Positions 7,870 through 16,808 of a stretch of DNA of 32,604 bases are shown piece after piece (the stretch's first letter is position 1; each line of letters opens with the position of its first letter). The notes under the pieces were generated by a model. It did not search any database. It saw nothing but the letters and a program-made list of their open reading frames with translations, and was not told the origin of the DNA. The stretch spans positions 1-32,604 of the IMG/VR virus record IMGVR_UViG_3300017747_003642. One strand, given 5' to 3'. This DNA is from a virus (taxonomy: Duplodnaviria > Caudoviricetes). Position numbers and translations under genes: made by a program.

Positions 7870-8066
7870 CCACGCTCGAAACCCGCGACTCGGACCTTCA
7901 CGACCTGCGGATGGCCGTCAACGCCAAGCATCGGAAAGGCTCGACGACGGTAGCCGTAGACCGCGAGGCCCTTCGCCGTCTGCTGAACGATCATCACACG
8001 CTATGGACGATCAGCCAGCGCAAGGCCGATTGGAAGCCGGGCCAGGATCAGGAGTCAATGACATGA
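7866..8066 (+). CDS. hypothetical protein
   Basis: MTTLETRDSDL...VAVDREALRRLLNDH, ATGA-coupled. Confidence 0.65.
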   Translation: MTTLETRDSDLHDLRMAVNAKHRKGSTTVAVDREALRRLLNDHHTLWTISQRKADWKPGQDQESMT

Positions 8067-8293
8067 ACAACGAACGCCGCAAGCGGATAACCGCCATCCG
8101 CGACCAACTGGATTCTCTGAAGAGCGATATCGAAGGCATCGCCGAAGAGGAACGCGACTACATTTCCAACATGCCGGAGAACATGCAACAGGGAGAGAAG
8201 GGCCAGGCCGCCGAAGAGAAGGCCGACGCACTGGAAGCCGCCGCGAACAGTCTCGACGAAGCGCTTTCGTCGCTCGACGATGCCGCGTCATGA
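8063..8293 (+). CDS. acidic helical phage protein (MNNERRKRI...EERDYISNMPENMQ type)
   Basis: AGGAG RBS, ATGA overlaps. I recall this pattern from many phage hypothetical proteins. Function unknown. Confidence 0.78.
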   Translation: MNNERRKRITAIRDQLDSLKSDIEGIAEEERDYISNMPENMQQGEKGQAAEEKADALEAAANSLDEALSSLDDAAS

Positions 8294-8484
8294 GCGAGCG
8301 CCCTATCCACCTGGCCTGTAAGAGCGGCCAGCCTATCGACTTCGCGTGCAAGACCGTCGCCGACCTCGCGTGCCTTACGGGCCGGCCGGTCTTGTTCCGG
8401 CTTAACGGCGTCGAAATGCGCGCCGACCCTGGCTGCATATGGTGGCGGCTTGTTCAGGTCTACGGCGACAAGGTGCCGTCATGA
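8290..8484 (+). CDS. hypothetical protein
   Basis: 64 aa, ATGA-coupled, PVLFRLNGVEMRADPG. Confidence 0.65.
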   Translation: MSERPIHLACKSGQPIDFACKTVADLACLTGRPVLFRLNGVEMRADPGCIWWRLVQVYGDKVPS

Positions 8485-8687
8485 GCGACGTAATTACAAA
8501 CGGATGGATTGCGATAGACAGACACGGCCAGGCGCGCACGCGCGACTCCGGACCGCGCTCGACGGTCGAAGTCTTGCCGATCTATCTGACACGCGCGGCG
8601 GCCGTTCAATTCTCAATGCCGCATGATCCGGACCCGGTCGAGGTCGTCGTGATGCGGAAAGACAAATGGGAGGTGCTGAAAAAATGA
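8481..8687 (+). CDS. hypothetical protein
   Basis: MSDVITNGW..., ATGA-coupled at both ends. Confidence 0.65.
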   Translation: MSDVITNGWIAIDRHGQARTRDSGPRSTVEVLPIYLTRAAAVQFSMPHDPDPVEVVVMRKDKWEVLKK

Positions 8688-8923
8688 GCGACCTATTCAG
8701 CCAGGCCGGCGAGTCTCTGTTCGGCGAACACTGGAGTCGACCGATGGCCGCCGCGCTTCGGGTCCGCGTCGATACCGTTTGGCAATGGAACAAGGGCCGC
8801 AATCCGATACCGCCCGGCATTTGGGCGGAAGTGTTCGCCTTGCTCGCCAGCGAAGAGCAACGGTTGACCGGCCTTCGGTCCGCCATTGATCGCGAGTTCG
8901 GGCCTTTCGAGGTCGAGTCGTGA
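8684..8923 (+). CDS. small HTH DNA-binding protein
   Basis: GGGAGG RBS. LFGEHWSRPMAAALRVRVDTVWQWNKGRNPIP fits an XRE-like HTH (A..L.V...TV..W..G..P). Confidence 0.72.
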   Translation: MSDLFSQAGESLFGEHWSRPMAAALRVRVDTVWQWNKGRNPIPPGIWAEVFALLASEEQRLTGLRSAIDREFGPFEVES

Positions 8924-9285
8924 CCGCGCATTCAGAGAAGCCGGCGCACAAGGTCGGCAAGGCGGCCGCGATAGACGCCAGGCTGAAGACGGCGTGCGGC
9001 ATCGTCGGCCTACGCGGCGACTTCAACGACGAACTGGCGGCCGACGGGAAGACGCTTCGGATCACTCGCGCATGGTCCGACGTGACGTGCGAGGCTTGCC
9101 GGCGTGCCCAAGTCACGGGCCTGTCGCCGTTGATGATTAAGTGTTTGACGGCTTTCGCAAATCCGCGCGCCCGGAGCTATGGCCCCGATGCCACAGTGCG
9201 GGCGCTATACATTCGCGGACTTCTCGCCTTCGGTGCGCTCACGCCGGCCGGCCGGTCCTACTTGGCGAAGAGGAAGCGGAAATGA
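8920..9285 (+). CDS. hypothetical protein with possible Zn-binding motif
   Basis: H...TACG...VTCEAC followed by a short wHTH-like end (RALYIRGLL...LTPAGRSYL). GTGA and ATGA coupling. Confidence 0.65.
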   Translation: MTAHSEKPAHKVGKAAAIDARLKTACGIVGLRGDFNDELAADGKTLRITRAWSDVTCEACRRAQVTGLSPLMIKCLTAFANPRARSYGPDATVRALYIRGLLAFGALTPAGRSYLAKRKRK

Positions 9286-9551
9286 CTGTCGAAAAGTTAG
9301 AGTGGAAAGTCCACACGTCAGCGCTTCTCGACGAAGTCCTTTTGAATTCCGGGACCGGGATACTGGCGACGCCGCTTCGCATTTTCCGGGGCCTATTACA
9401 TGACGTCGCCGTAAGGGCATCGGAATTGAACGACCCGGCGCTCAATATCCTAATGCTTCGTCTGACGCTCTACGATGCGGCCGACCCGGACAAGCATTCT
9501 TATGTCGAGATAAACCGCGTCATGGCCGAACAGAAAGCCAGGTTGAAATGA
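9282..9551 (+). CDS. hypothetical protein
   Basis: GAGGA RBS, MTVEKLEWKVHTSALLDEV..., ATGA-coupled. Confidence 0.7.
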   Translation: MTVEKLEWKVHTSALLDEVLLNSGTGILATPLRIFRGLLHDVAVRASELNDPALNILMLRLTLYDAADPDKHSYVEINRVMAEQKARLK

Positions 9552-9742
9552 CGTCCGACCTGACACCGGAGCAAGAGACGGCCGCCCAAGCGCGCGCCGT
9601 CGAATTGTGCCGCATGATCGAAGCGAAGGACGTCGCATGCAACGGCCGGAAGTGCGAGCATCCCGGCGAAGGCATCGCGGGTTGCGTCTTCCTGATTCAT
9701 TCGCGCATGTTCGCGGCGCTTTTCGACGCCGACCAGCTATGA
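9548..9742 (+). CDS. hypothetical protein (Cys-containing)
   Basis: 64 aa, ATGA-coupled, four Cys and two His. Confidence 0.6.
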   Translation: MTSDLTPEQETAAQARAVELCRMIEAKDVACNGRKCEHPGEGIAGCVFLIHSRMFAALFDADQL

Positions 9743-9975
9743 CGGACGCGAACACGAAGACGACCAGGCGCGTGAAGTCCTGCACGATCACGGCCGGCCC
9801 GGACGGCGCGCGGCTGGAAGTCGTTTGGGTCTACTCCGGCCCCGTTCCCGACGGCCTCAATCCCGACGGGACGATTCGCTATCGCCTATGGGAAGACGAA
9901 CAGCGCCAGGTCTTCCGCGACGTTTCGGAAGACGTCGTCAAAGAATTCTGCCGCGTGTGGGGAGTCGTGAAGTGA
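9739..9975 (+). CDS. hypothetical protein
   Basis: MTDANTKTTRR..., ATGA and GTGA coupling. Confidence 0.6.
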   Translation: MTDANTKTTRRVKSCTITAGPDGARLEVVWVYSGPVPDGLNPDGTIRYRLWEDEQRQVFRDVSEDVVKEFCRVWGVVK

Positions 9976-10244
9976 CAGCGATTCAATGGGTGAAGTCAGA
10001 TCGCTTGAAGACCGTCGCAGGGATGCCGGTATGCAAGGGCGACTATGTCGGCCGGATCGCGGGCGAAGCGGTTTCATTTATTCGGCTCGACCTTCACGGC
10101 TCCGGCCGCTGGATATGTTGGACGCGCGAGGCCGACGGCTGGCAAAGTTTCGGACCAATGCCAACCGTCGGCCTCGCCAAGCGGGCCTTTCGATCCGGAG
10201 TCAGCCGGTCGTCGACACGCCGAACGATGCCCACAACTGAGTGA
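9972..10244 (+). CDS. hypothetical protein, last gene of the rightward operon
   Basis: GGGAG RBS, GTG 9972 overlapping upstream stop. 3' end overlaps the convergent lipoprotein gene. Confidence 0.6.
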   Translation: MTAIQWVKSDRLKTVAGMPVCKGDYVGRIAGEAVSFIRLDLHGSGRWICWTREADGWQSFGPMPTVGLAKRAFRSGVSRSSTRRTMPTTE

Positions 10245-10572
10245 AGCCGGCTATTGCGGCCAAGGCGACCGCCCGCGCCTTTTGCCTGGCCGTCATGTCG
10301 GTTCCCGATGCCCGCATGCCGGCGGCGGCGGCCGCGACCACGACGTCCGCGCCCTTGATCGCGGTCGCCGTGGCGTCGACGATTCCAGCCTGGCAAATCG
10401 AGGACGTCGGCCGGGCCTGGCAACCGGCCACGTAGGACGCCGGCACCATGCGGGCGAGCGCCCAAGCAAGCTCGACGTCGTCGGCCTTGTCGGCCGGCGT
10501 GGTCGAGTCGGCGCAGGCGGCCAGGCTGGCGGCCAGGCCGATCACGGAAAAGAGAGCAACTATCTTGCGCAT
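10201..10572 (-). CDS. lipoprotein, candidate spanin
   Basis: MRK + hydrophobic core + lipobox LAAC. Uncharged hydrophobic C-terminus. Last gene of the lysis cassette. Confidence 0.7.
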   Translation of the reverse strand: MRKIVALFSVIGLAASLAACADSTTPADKADDVELAWALARMVPASYVAGCQARPTSSICQAGIVDATATAIKGADVVVAAAAAGMRASGTDMTARQKARAVALAAIAGFTQLWASFGVSTTG

Positions 10573-10630
10573 AATGGGTCCCCTTGTGGGCAGGCGGCCA
10601 AGATCGGCCGGAAAGGACCCTACAGGGCGG

Positions 10631-10771
10631 CTAGGAGGCCCGCCAGAGCCGGCGCCAGCAATGGGCGCCCAGCGCTGGCCCGTGACGCCGGAGCGGCTTG
10701 GCGGGCCTGATCTTGGTCGGCCGGGCGCGTTTGGCGAGCCAGGCGCGGCGGCGTTCGGCGGCGGGGCTCAC
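10631..10771 (-). CDS. small Arg-rich ORF (46 aa)
   Basis: GTG overlapping the endolysin stop (GTGA) with GAGG upstream. MSPAAERRRAWLAKRARPTKIRPAKPLRRHGPALGAHCWRRLWRAS. Confidence 0.4.
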   Translation of the reverse strand: MSPAAERRRAWLAKRARPTKIRPAKPLRRHGPALGAHCWRRLWRAS

Positions 10772-11211
10772 GCTTCGGCCTCTAAGCCGTCATAAACCGG
10801 GGAGCCAGGCCCGCCAGGCTGGCGCAAGACCTGGCGCCGCAATCGGGGATGAAAGGACAGATGGACGGTCCGGCCGGCCTCGAAAATCAACTGATCGAAG
10901 TTGAGGCCGCTATCTCGGACAGTCTTCGCGACCTCAAGATCGGCCAGGCCGGGAACCTGAAAATCGGCCGCCCAGCCCAAGGCGTGGTCGGAATTCGGCA
11001 CGCCGCCGACGGCCTCATTCACGGCCGGGTTTCGGTATCCGCTTGTAATCATGATCGGCCGGCCGAAGAGCGCGCGAACCTCTTCCATCCTTCGGGCGAG
11101 CGCTCGCAAATTCTCAAGGTGTTCGGCGGGAGGTTCGTTGGCGTTGCCGATCTTGTGGGCCGCGTCGGACCGCGTGAATTCGCGAAGGTCGAAATGCTCT
11201 GACAGTTGCAA
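10768..11211 (-). CDS. endolysin, peptidase M15A family (Zn peptidase)
   Basis: LSEHFDLREF, ITSGYR...N.AVGG..NSDHALGWAADF, DQLIFE...VHLSF (H/D/H Zn ligands). Likely TTG start at 11211 after AGGGAG. Confidence 0.9.
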   Translation of the reverse strand: MQLSEHFDLREFTRSDAAHKIGNANEPPAEHLENLRALARRMEEVRALFGRPIMITSGYRNPAVNEAVGGVPNSDHALGWAADFQVPGLADLEVAKTVRDSGLNFDQLIFEAGRTVHLSFHPRLRRQVLRQPGGPGSPVYDGLEAEA

Positions 11212-11221
11212 GGCGCGCTCC

Positions 11222-11458
11222 CTAGTCCTGGCCGTGAATCGGCTCGACGGCCTCAAGCGATTCAGTTACCGCGCGGCGGACCTGTTCGCCAGCGCGCAAT
11301 ACAAGGTTGAGACCGACGCGGGCGACGCGCTGGCCGTGGCGGGCGGTCGTCAATTCCTCTTCAAGCTTCGATAGCTCGACGTCCTTCGCCGTGATGACGG
11401 CTTCCGCGACCGCTTCGGCGAGCGGCGCCAAGGGATTTTCGGCTGGCTTCGCGTTCAT
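11222..11458 (-). CDS. hypothetical protein in lysis cassette
   Basis: 78 aa helical soluble ORF, ATGA-coupled to the upstream holin-like gene. Confidence 0.65.
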   Translation of the reverse strand: MNAKPAENPLAPLAEAVAEAVITAKDVELSKLEEELTTARHGQRVARVGLNLVLRAGEQVRRAVTESLEAVEPIHGQD

Positions 11459-11787
11459 AGTTGCACCGGTTTTTGAAAGTGAGCGGCCATCAAGCGCGCC
11501 GTCTCCTCAATAGAACGTGCGACTCGTTCGTCGGTTTCGCGGCGCTTCGCGGATTGCTCAAGCTGATCCTTCAACGCCTGAATCGCCTTGTCTTGCATGT
11601 CGCTTATCTTCAGCCGGAGCGCGTCGATAGTCGCGTCACGAAGAGCAATCGTCTTGTCGCGATCCTCGATTTCCTTGTTTTTGCCGTTCCATATCGAGCG
11701 GACGAAGCCGCCAATAGCGGCCCCCATGCCCCCCAATACCGCAAGCCAGCCGGCCGGTATGTCCGGAAAGAGACTCGCCGACGACAT
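11455..11787 (-). CDS. holin-like membrane protein (one TM helix plus coiled coil)
   Basis: GWLAVLGGMGAAIGGFV followed by a heptad-rich region. GGAGG RBS. Lies between tail fibre genes and endolysin. Confidence 0.6.
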   Translation of the reverse strand: MSSASLFPDIPAGWLAVLGGMGAAIGGFVRSIWNGKNKEIEDRDKTIALRDATIDALRLKISDMQDKAIQALKDQLEQSAKRRETDERVARSIEETARLMAAHFQKPVQL

Positions 11788-11789
11788 GG

Positions 11790-12278
11790 TTACTTCCTCC
11801 GGCCGGTCACACGCTGCCGGCGCGGCTCCGGCGGCGGCCGCTTGGCTTCCTCTTCGGCCTTGAGCCGGCGCTTCGCCAGGATCAGCGCGACGTGGTCGAC
11901 CGAACCTTCAGCAGGCGGCGGCGCTGGCGCGTCCGGGTCGACCGGCGGCGCTTCCTTGGGCGCGAGGTCGACCACGACATGAACGCCCGGCCGCTCCGGC
12001 GGCGCCGCCCAGCCCTCGAATGCACCGGTCGGGAATTCGCCAAGGGCCGCCGGCCAGATCGCGGCCAGGTCCGCGACGGTCGACGCTTCTTCGATGGCCG
12101 GATTCGCTGGCGCGTCGCGCAAGGCAATCCGCGCTTCGCTGATTAAAGCGATATCGGCGCCCCGGTCGAAGGCGTCTGAATATTGATGGTCCAGCGCCTC
12201 CAGTACCGGCGTTCGCCTGGCGCGAAGCACGAAGCGATAGCGCTCACGAAGTCCGGCAAGCTGATCTTCCGTCGCCAT
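11790..12278 (-). CDS. tail fibre assembly chaperone-like protein
   Basis: LRARRTPVLEALD...RIALRDAPANP...LAAIWP pattern directly downstream of the fibre gene, with a Pro-rich C-terminal extension. Confidence 0.7.
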   Translation of the reverse strand: MATEDQLAGLRERYRFVLRARRTPVLEALDHQYSDAFDRGADIALISEARIALRDAPANPAIEEASTVADLAAIWPAALGEFPTGAFEGWAAPPERPGVHVVVDLAPKEAPPVDPDAPAPPPAEGSVDHVALILAKRRLKAEEEAKRPPPEPRRQRVTGRRK

Positions 12279-12287
12279 GATGATCCC

Positions 12288-13190
12288 CTACCAGCCAATG
12301 AGAGTCGCGCGGCCCGAGAACGTGCCGGAGGTCGGATAGAGCTTCACGCCGTCGATGGGCCCCGCGACGTTGTGAGTTCCGAAAGACGACATGGAATTGT
12401 GATAGCCGTTGACCGAGTCGACGATGCCGAATTGCGCAATCGCCCGCGTGTAGCGCGCGACCTGATAATTTGGAATGTGCATCACGCCGACGACGCCGCC
12501 AGAGTTCGCATTATTGGACAGCAGCAGGGCGGCAAGAATGCCGGTTTGCGCGCCGGCTCCGGAAGCGCCCGCCGTGCCCGCCGAATTTCCATTCAGATAG
12601 GCATAGGAATAGTTTGCGCCAGTGTCCTCGACATTGGATTGAAAGAACCGCGCCATGACGTTGACGCCGTTGGTTCCCGGCAAAAGCTCATAGTGAAGTG
12701 CGAGGTTTTTGTAACCCGTCGGGATATTCTGGAACGACACGGACGACACGGCCGCCAAGACCTGATCGGAAATCACGGCCGGCGCTTGGAAGTATTCGCC
12801 GTCGTCGCCGGCCGCGTTCATTCGGTAGTGATATAGCGCCGTCCCGAGCGCCTTGCCGGCCCACACGCTGGCGCCGCGAACCGCTACCATGCCCTTCGTC
12901 GAGCCCAGCAAGGAGTCGAGCGAGGCAGACGCAATGGACCCGGCCGACGTGAAGGCGTGAGTCGTGGAGTTCAGTAAGCCTATCAACACATCGGCAGCAC
13001 CGTCCCATCGCCAAACCGACCAAACGCCAGTGCCGGGGTTGTCAGTTTCAATCCATAGTTCGCCGGTTGCGATATCGGCGGGCCGTGACACGCCGGAGGC
13101 GCCGGTCGCTAACCGGGCTATTGCCGCGTTCAGCGCCGTTCGGACCGCCAGGCCGGAGCCGGTCGCCGTGATAAGTGCGGCCTGTGACAT
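12288..13190 (-). CDS. tail fibre / receptor-binding protein
   Basis: N-terminal GLAVRTALNAAIARLAT..SG...P...GELWIET anchor, Gly/Ser/Ala-rich, C-terminal beta domain. Follows the tail tip gene. Confidence 0.75.
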   Translation of the reverse strand: MSQAALITATGSGLAVRTALNAAIARLATGASGVSRPADIATGELWIETDNPGTGVWSVWRWDGAADVLIGLLNSTTHAFTSAGSIASASLDSLLGSTKGMVAVRGASVWAGKALGTALYHYRMNAAGDDGEYFQAPAVISDQVLAAVSSVSFQNIPTGYKNLALHYELLPGTNGVNVMARFFQSNVEDTGANYSYAYLNGNSAGTAGASGAGAQTGILAALLLSNNANSGGVVGVMHIPNYQVARYTRAIAQFGIVDSVNGYHNSMSSFGTHNVAGPIDGVKLYPTSGTFSGRATLIGW

Positions 13191-13193
13191 GGA

Positions 13194-15839
13194 CTAAACC
13201 CCTTCGGCGTAAACGGCGTCTTCGGCAATGGCTGGCGTATAGCTCGGATCGTAGCTTACAAGCTCGCGACGGAAGCGGAAAGCCCACGCATCGAACGATG
13301 AAGAGTGAAGCCTCTCATACTCTGACCAAACCGGCGAGCCGGCCGGGTCGTCTTGCGTCCATGACACGGTGAGCCACGAGTCGGCCTCTGATCCCACTAC
13401 TTCGCCGTCCCAACTGGCCCACGAGTCTACGTCGGCCTCGCGCGTGTCGAAATCATCGAAGACGTTCACGACGGCGGCCAGGCACACATTTGTGAGCCGG
13501 CATTTCGTGACCGCGCCGAGGTCAATGGTGTCGTCATAGTCATAGGTTCCGGACACAGCCACGCCGCCCAGGAAATCCCAATTGTCCAAGTCGTCAGTAT
13601 CGGCGACCGCGTCGAAATCTCCGGCCGCGTCCAAGACAAGGAAACCTCCGGAGACAACGCAATCAACCTTGGTTCCGAGAAAGTCCGGGTCTTGGATAGT
13701 GGAGTCGAGCGGCGTGAACGTGTGAACGCTGGACTGAAACTGAACGAAGGCCGCCGCATCATCCGAGAAGTTCAGCGACGTATCGCGCGCCTTGATGAAG
13801 TAGGTCCCGGCCAGGAGAGGAAGAATCCAGCGCGTGGTTTTTCCCGGCACGTCGTCATCGAGTGAAAGCGCCGTGTCCCATGTGGCTCCCGTCAGAAGTG
13901 GCGAATGCTTGATGACGAAAGTTCCGCCCTCGCGCACGTCCAAGTCAGGCGCCAGGTCCCACGCGGCAATCGCGATGGAGTCGTGGGCCGAAACGGTGAA
14001 GTTCGTCACAAGCGCAGGCGTGGCCGTCAGTGCCGCGATTTCAAAAGGGAGCGATAGGGCGGGCGAGGGGTTGCCCGCCCAATTCACGGCCCACACTTCG
14101 CCAACGTAAGAGCCGGCCGACACGTCGAGCGCGTCGAGGTGCGTATCCTTCGTGTCGGCAAGTTGCGTCCAGGCCGCCACGTCGAGCGAGCGGAAGCGGC
14201 CGGTATAATGGCCGCCGCTTTTGACGAAGGCATCCGGAGACGGATCAAACTCAAGCGTGAACATGGCTTTGACGCCGCCGGCCTCGCGCGAGAAGTAAGC
14301 GCGCTCTGACACCCGGAGATTGGACGGCGGCAGCACGTTGAACACTTCCGGAAAGTTCGTGTTCGGCGCCGGGTCGACCAGCGACTCTTCGTCCGTCTCC
14401 CAATCGAAGGCTTCGGGCGCGGTTTCCTGAAGGACAAGACGGATCACGACGACCGGATTCCCTTCGGCGTCTTCGTCAACGCCGAAGGTCGACGACGCCA
14501 CATAGAACGGCTTCGCCGTCCAGCCGTAGCGTTCCGACGTCCTCATGATGGTGTCGCCGGTCCGCACGCGCCAGCATGACAGTTTGCCGGTGAAGTTTTC
14601 GACAATCTCTTGGCGCGCCAACAGAAGATCAATCTTCGCGATCCGCTGCGCACGCGACGGCGAAATGGTGAAAGGAAGTTCAATGTCCTTCAGCCGCTCG
14701 AAACCGCCATCAAGTGCCTTGAATGCCTGCGAGACGACCGGCGGGAAGTCGGCGGCCTGCCAATTGTCCTCTTCCGATATATAGGTCCCCTTCGTGCCGT
14801 TGAAGGAGTCGCGGGCCGACGTGAGAGTCTGGACGCTCGACATGGCGTGCATGTCGTCATCCGTGATCGTGATTGTCGGTTCCTGATAGACGCCGGCAAG
14901 GATCGTCCAGCGGTCGCCATCATAGATGGCCTTTCCGTGCATGGCGCCCAGCAAGCGCCCCAAGATTTCATCCGGCTTGCCGTCCGACGAAAAGCTTCCG
15001 TCAGTCGCGTATCGCTTTTCCGTCGTGCCATCTTTCTTCAGGACATCTTCATCGCAGGCATTCGCCGCCGCGATCAGCGCTTCTTCATTGATGCGCGTGG
15101 CGTAGTCGGCGCCAAGTCCATAGAGCGGATCGCAAATGTACCAAGCGACGATCAGCGCCGAATTGTTCGTATAGGCGACTTCATCGGTGCGCGGATCGTA
15201 GGCCAGCAAGCCACGGCCAACGATGGTGATATTCGGCAGGCCGCCGCCGGACCATAGATTGACGCCGCGAAGTCCGGTCCCTGAGTTGTCCCAATAGAGC
15301 GACGACGCAAGATAGGTGATGCCGCGCAAGCGATGGTTTTCCGTCCACTCGCCCGGCGCATAGTTCATAAGCATTGGGTCGGCCGTTTGATCGGCCAGGC
15401 CCAAATACTTTTTGAAATAGGCGCCGCCGTTGTACTTGCCGTCATAGACCTCGCCAGCTTCGTCAATCGGCGAGACTTGGTCATTGAGCCAGATTTCTTC
15501 GATGGCGTCGCACTGATGTCCGACGAACAGGCACGCGCCCCGGAGATATTGATTCTGATCCGTAACCTTGAGGAAGCCCCACACGCCGCCGCCACGGAAG
15601 CGGCCGACGCCGATCTTTCTTGCCGCCGCCGCCTGTCGGACGGTCAGCTTTTGGTCAATAGCGGTCGAGCCGGTCAATTGCGCCGCCGACGAATTAGAAG
15701 CCGGCTTCAAAAGCATTTGCGCGACGAACGATAGCGCAGCCGTCGCCGCCGTTATCAGGAACGCCGTTAGCGTAATCATGCCGGCGCCATAGGCGCCTAG
15801 CGCGATGATGACCGGGATAAAGGGAATCAGGAACGGCAT
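13194..15839 (-). CDS. tail tip / host-specificity protein (lambda J-like)
   Basis: About 880 aa from MPFLIPF. W...HRLRGITY, RGLLAYDPR, YTNNSAL, ELPFTISPSRAQRIAKI motifs and FN3-like C-terminal part. Confidence 0.88.
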   Translation of the reverse strand: MPFLIPFIPVIIALGAYGAGMITLTAFLITAATAALSFVAQMLLKPASNSSAAQLTGSTAIDQKLTVRQAAAARKIGVGRFRGGGVWGFLKVTDQNQYLRGACLFVGHQCDAIEEIWLNDQVSPIDEAGEVYDGKYNGGAYFKKYLGLADQTADPMLMNYAPGEWTENHRLRGITYLASSLYWDNSGTGLRGVNLWSGGGLPNITIVGRGLLAYDPRTDEVAYTNNSALIVAWYICDPLYGLGADYATRINEEALIAAANACDEDVLKKDGTTEKRYATDGSFSSDGKPDEILGRLLGAMHGKAIYDGDRWTILAGVYQEPTITITDDDMHAMSSVQTLTSARDSFNGTKGTYISEEDNWQAADFPPVVSQAFKALDGGFERLKDIELPFTISPSRAQRIAKIDLLLARQEIVENFTGKLSCWRVRTGDTIMRTSERYGWTAKPFYVASSTFGVDEDAEGNPVVVIRLVLQETAPEAFDWETDEESLVDPAPNTNFPEVFNVLPPSNLRVSERAYFSREAGGVKAMFTLEFDPSPDAFVKSGGHYTGRFRSLDVAAWTQLADTKDTHLDALDVSAGSYVGEVWAVNWAGNPSPALSLPFEIAALTATPALVTNFTVSAHDSIAIAAWDLAPDLDVREGGTFVIKHSPLLTGATWDTALSLDDDVPGKTTRWILPLLAGTYFIKARDTSLNFSDDAAAFVQFQSSVHTFTPLDSTIQDPDFLGTKVDCVVSGGFLVLDAAGDFDAVADTDDLDNWDFLGGVAVSGTYDYDDTIDLGAVTKCRLTNVCLAAVVNVFDDFDTREADVDSWASWDGEVVGSEADSWLTVSWTQDDPAGSPVWSEYERLHSSSFDAWAFRFRRELVSYDPSYTPAIAEDAVYAEGV

Positions 15840-15840
15840 T

Positions 15841-16263
15841 TCAGATACGCCAGATCGCGCGGGCGGCCGACAACGGCAGGAAGTCCAAGCCGTCTTCGCC
15901 AGGGCAGCAGAGAAGCGCGCCGGCAACGACTGCCAGCGCGTCGCCGGGACAATTACCACGCGACGAGTCGACCAAGGCGATATCGCCGCGCCTGCCGACG
16001 GCCCATCCGTCGACCTCGCGGCCGAACCATAGGCGGCCCCACTCGCGGACGGAATGGCGCTTCAGCAGGCGTTGCGCCTTGCGCATGGTTCCCCACGGTT
16101 CGACGTTCGGCGGCTTGGCGTTGTGCATGGCGACGAAGTCTTCAATCGCGAAGGTGCAACAGTCTTGATGGCCCCATTCAAAAGGCTTCGCGCGTGCATC
16201 CTCGATCAGCAGACGCAACCGCCGCTCCCATCCGTCAACGCGCTTTAGACTTTCGATCCCCAT
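15841..16263 (-). CDS. tail-associated NlpC/P60-like protein (DUF6950-like)
   Basis: WERRL...AKPFEWGHQDCCTFA and RRGDIALV. Canonical position before the tail tip gene. Confidence 0.8.
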   Translation of the reverse strand: MGIESLKRVDGWERRLRLLIEDARAKPFEWGHQDCCTFAIEDFVAMHNAKPPNVEPWGTMRKAQRLLKRHSVREWGRLWFGREVDGWAVGRRGDIALVDSSRGNCPGDALAVVAGALLCCPGEDGLDFLPLSAARAIWRI

Positions 16264-16808
16264 GGCAATACAGAATCCTGAAGAGCGGCAATGAATTCTA
16301 GTCCGAGGTCGCCGGGATAGAGCCGCTTTTGCTCTTCGTCCGTGTACCGGACCTCGCGTGGCTTTTCGAGCGTGATAAGTTCGTTCTCATAGGAGACTTG
16401 AATCTTGGCCGACTCGACGGAGTCCTGAATCACGGCCGCGTCCATCTGCCCGCGAAACCAAACGATAGGCGAGGGAATGAGCGCGCCCGATGGAGTGAAG
16501 AGCGCAAGCCACATGACGCCAGGAAGACCGCGCTGCATTTCCGTCAACGCGAGCGCAATGTCCGCCGGCCTAACGCCGCCCAAGCTGATAGTGATGCCGC
16601 TCGCCTGAATCGCTTCCGTCTCTTCAACGGCCGTCATGCCAAGCAACTGCCCGGCGCCGGTCCATGTCTTTCCGTCATAATCGAGCGGGCCGAGTCCGGT
16701 CCAAATGTTGACCGTGCCGTTTTTGAATTGGCCTTCGAACAGAAACGCCACGTCAACGTGGCCGGCCTGAAGAGCCGCCAGCATTTCGGCGGTCATGGGC
16801 CGCGCCAT
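16245..16808 (-). CDS. minor tail / hub protein
   Basis: WTGLG...YDGKTWTGAG, FRGQMD, RYTDEEQKRLYPGDLGLEF...WG motifs typical of this siphovirus tail tip module. Confidence 0.8.
   Translation of the reverse strand: MARPMTAEMLAALQAGHVDVAFLFEGQFKNGTVNIWTGLGPLDYDGKTWTGAGQLLGMTAVEETEAIQASGITISLGGVRPADIALALTEMQRGLPGVMWLALFTPSGALIPSPIVWFRGQMDAAVIQDSVESAKIQVSYENELITLEKPREVRYTDEEQKRLYPGDLGLEFIAALQDSVLPWGSKV

Noticed and set aside
11790-13190. Diversity-generating retroelement or invertible fibre cassette
   Set aside because: No reverse transcriptase, invertase or duplicated template repeat seen in the window.
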